The notes under the pieces were generated by a model, which saw nothing but the letters and a program-made list of their open reading frames with translations, searched no databases and was not told the origin of the DNA. Source: Squalus acanthias (taxonomy: Eukaryota). From it: a stretch of 64,000 bases of DNA. The position numbers and the translations under genes were made by a program. Location: contig CM059431.1 in the NCBI GenBank assembly GCA_030390025.1, positions 136,278,001-136,342,000 of the forward strand. Reading direction: 5' to 3'. Below are positions 62,601-64,000 of the stretch, one piece after another (position 1 is the first letter of the stretch; each line of letters opens with the position of its first letter).

Positions 62601-64000
62601 TAGTGGTCTGTGATGATTCTACTCCTGTAGTGGTCTGTGATGATTCTACTCCTGTAGTGGTCTGTGATGATTCTACTCCTGTAGTGGTCTGTGATGATTC
62701 TACTCCTGTAGTGGTCTGTGATGATTCTACTCCTGTAGTGGTCTGTGATGATTCTACTCCTGTAGTGGTCTGTGATGATTCTACTCCTGTAGTGGTCTGT
62801 GATGATTCTACTCCTGTAGTGGTCTGTGATGATTCTACTCCTGTAGTGGTCTGTGATGATTCTACTCCTGTAGTGGTCTGTGATGATTCTACTCCTGTAG
62901 TGGTCTGTGATGATTCCTACTCCTGTAGTGGTCTGTGATGATTCTACTCCTGTAGTGGTCTGTGATGATTCTACTCCTGTAGTGGTCTGTGATGATTCTA
63001 CTCCTGTAGTGGTCTGTGATGATTCTACTCCTGTAGTGGTCTGTGATGATTCTACTCCTGTAGTGGTCTGTGATGATCCTACTCCTGTAGTGGTCTGTGA
63101 TGATTCTACTCCTGTAGTGGTCTGTGATGATTCTACTCCTGTAGTGGTCTGTGATGATTCTACTCCTGTAGTGGTCTGTGATGATTCTACTCCTGTAGTG
63201 GTCTGTGATGATCCTACTCCTGTAGTGGTCTGTGATGATTCTACTCCTGTAGTGGTCTGTGATGATTCTACTCCTGTAGTGGTCTGTGATGATCTACTCC
63301 TGTAGTGGTCTGTGATGATTCTACTCCTGTAGTGGTCTGTGATGATTCTACTCCTGTAGTGGTCTGTGATGATTCTACTCCTGTAGTGGTCTGTGATGAT
63401 TCTACTCCTGTAGTGGTCTGTGATGATTCTACTCCTGTAGTGGTCTGTGCTGATTCTACTCCTGTAGTGGTCTGTGATGATTCTACTCCTGTAGTGGTCT
63501 GTGATGATTCTACTCCTGTAGTGGTCTGTGATGATTCTACTCCTGTAGTGGTCTGTGATGATTCTACTCCTGTAGTGGTCTGTGATGATTCTACTCCTGT
63601 AGTGGTCTGTGATGATTCTACTCCTGTAGTGGTCTGTGATGATTCTATTCCTGTAGTGGTTTGTGATGATTCTACTCCTGTAGTGGTCTGTGATGATTCT
63701 ACTCCTGTCGTGGTCTGTGATGATTCTACTCCTGCAGTGGTCTGTGATGATTCTACTCCTGTAGTGGTCTGTGATGATTCCACTCCTGTAGTGGTCTGTG
63801 ATGATTCTACTCCTGCAGTGGTCTGTGACGATTCTACTCCTGTAGTGGTCTGTGATGATTCTACTCCTGTAGTGGTCTGTGATGATTCTATTCCTGTAGT
63901 GGTCTGTGATGATTCTACTCCTGTAGTGGTCTGTGATGATCCTATTCCTGTAGTGGTCTGTGATGATTCTACTCCTGTAGTGGTCTCTGATGATTCTACT
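59632..64000 (+). repeat. Satellite B block 4, most homogeneous part, continues past the window end
   Basis: 27-mers, almost pure consensus from about 60700 to 63600 with scattered 1-2-bp indels. Confidence 0.98.

Noticed and set aside
28659..64000. Very long ORFs of (CDDSTPVVV)n, (ITDHYRSRI)n and mucin-like (TTTGVESSQ)n, up to 1917 aa
   Set aside because: A 27-bp unit is divisible by 3 and stop-free in four frames, so long ORFs are expected. They are broken by LINEs, stops and frameshifts, have no unique N- or C-terminal domains, and show no synonymous-site bias.
28735..64000. CRISPR-like regular repeats
   Set aside because: Units are head-to-tail with no unique spacers, there are no cas genes, and the context is vertebrate.
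28735..64000. Box C motif (GTGATGA) in every monomer and occasional CTGA or CTGATGA, suggesting a snoRNA or hammerhead array
   Set aside because: Box D and the hammerhead core appear only in sporadic point variants, with no terminal stems, guide regions or GAAA partner.

Overview
Repeat-dominated eukaryotic DNA with no recognisable host gene. The CR1, L2, DeuSINE and Penelope-type repeat content points to a cartilaginous fish (inference). 1-12.2 kb is a mosaic of short, often nested retroelement fragments: about ten CR1 3' ends, an L2, two tRNA-derived SINEs, a palindromic MITE and Penelope-like remnants, one with a minimal hammerhead-like motif. 12.24-26.14 kb is a G-rich 22/23-bp satellite (satellite A, GGAAGGGACCATGTGGAGGGGGT) with a 3.2-3.6-kb higher-order repeat, followed by a 500-N gap. 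26.64-64 kb is a 27-bp satellite (satellite B, TCTACTCCTGTAGTGGTCTGTGATGAT) with four long, little-diverged CR1 LINEs in or at the edge of it. The most unusual structure is at 39735-45586: one minus-strand CR1 insertion, flush in the array, that carries about 2.06 kb of satellite B internally in place of about 73 ORF2 codons. This suggests satellite DNA moved inside a LINE RNA. The satellite B monomer also resembles CR1 3'-terminal sequence. The long repetitive ORFs in the track are artefacts of the satellites.
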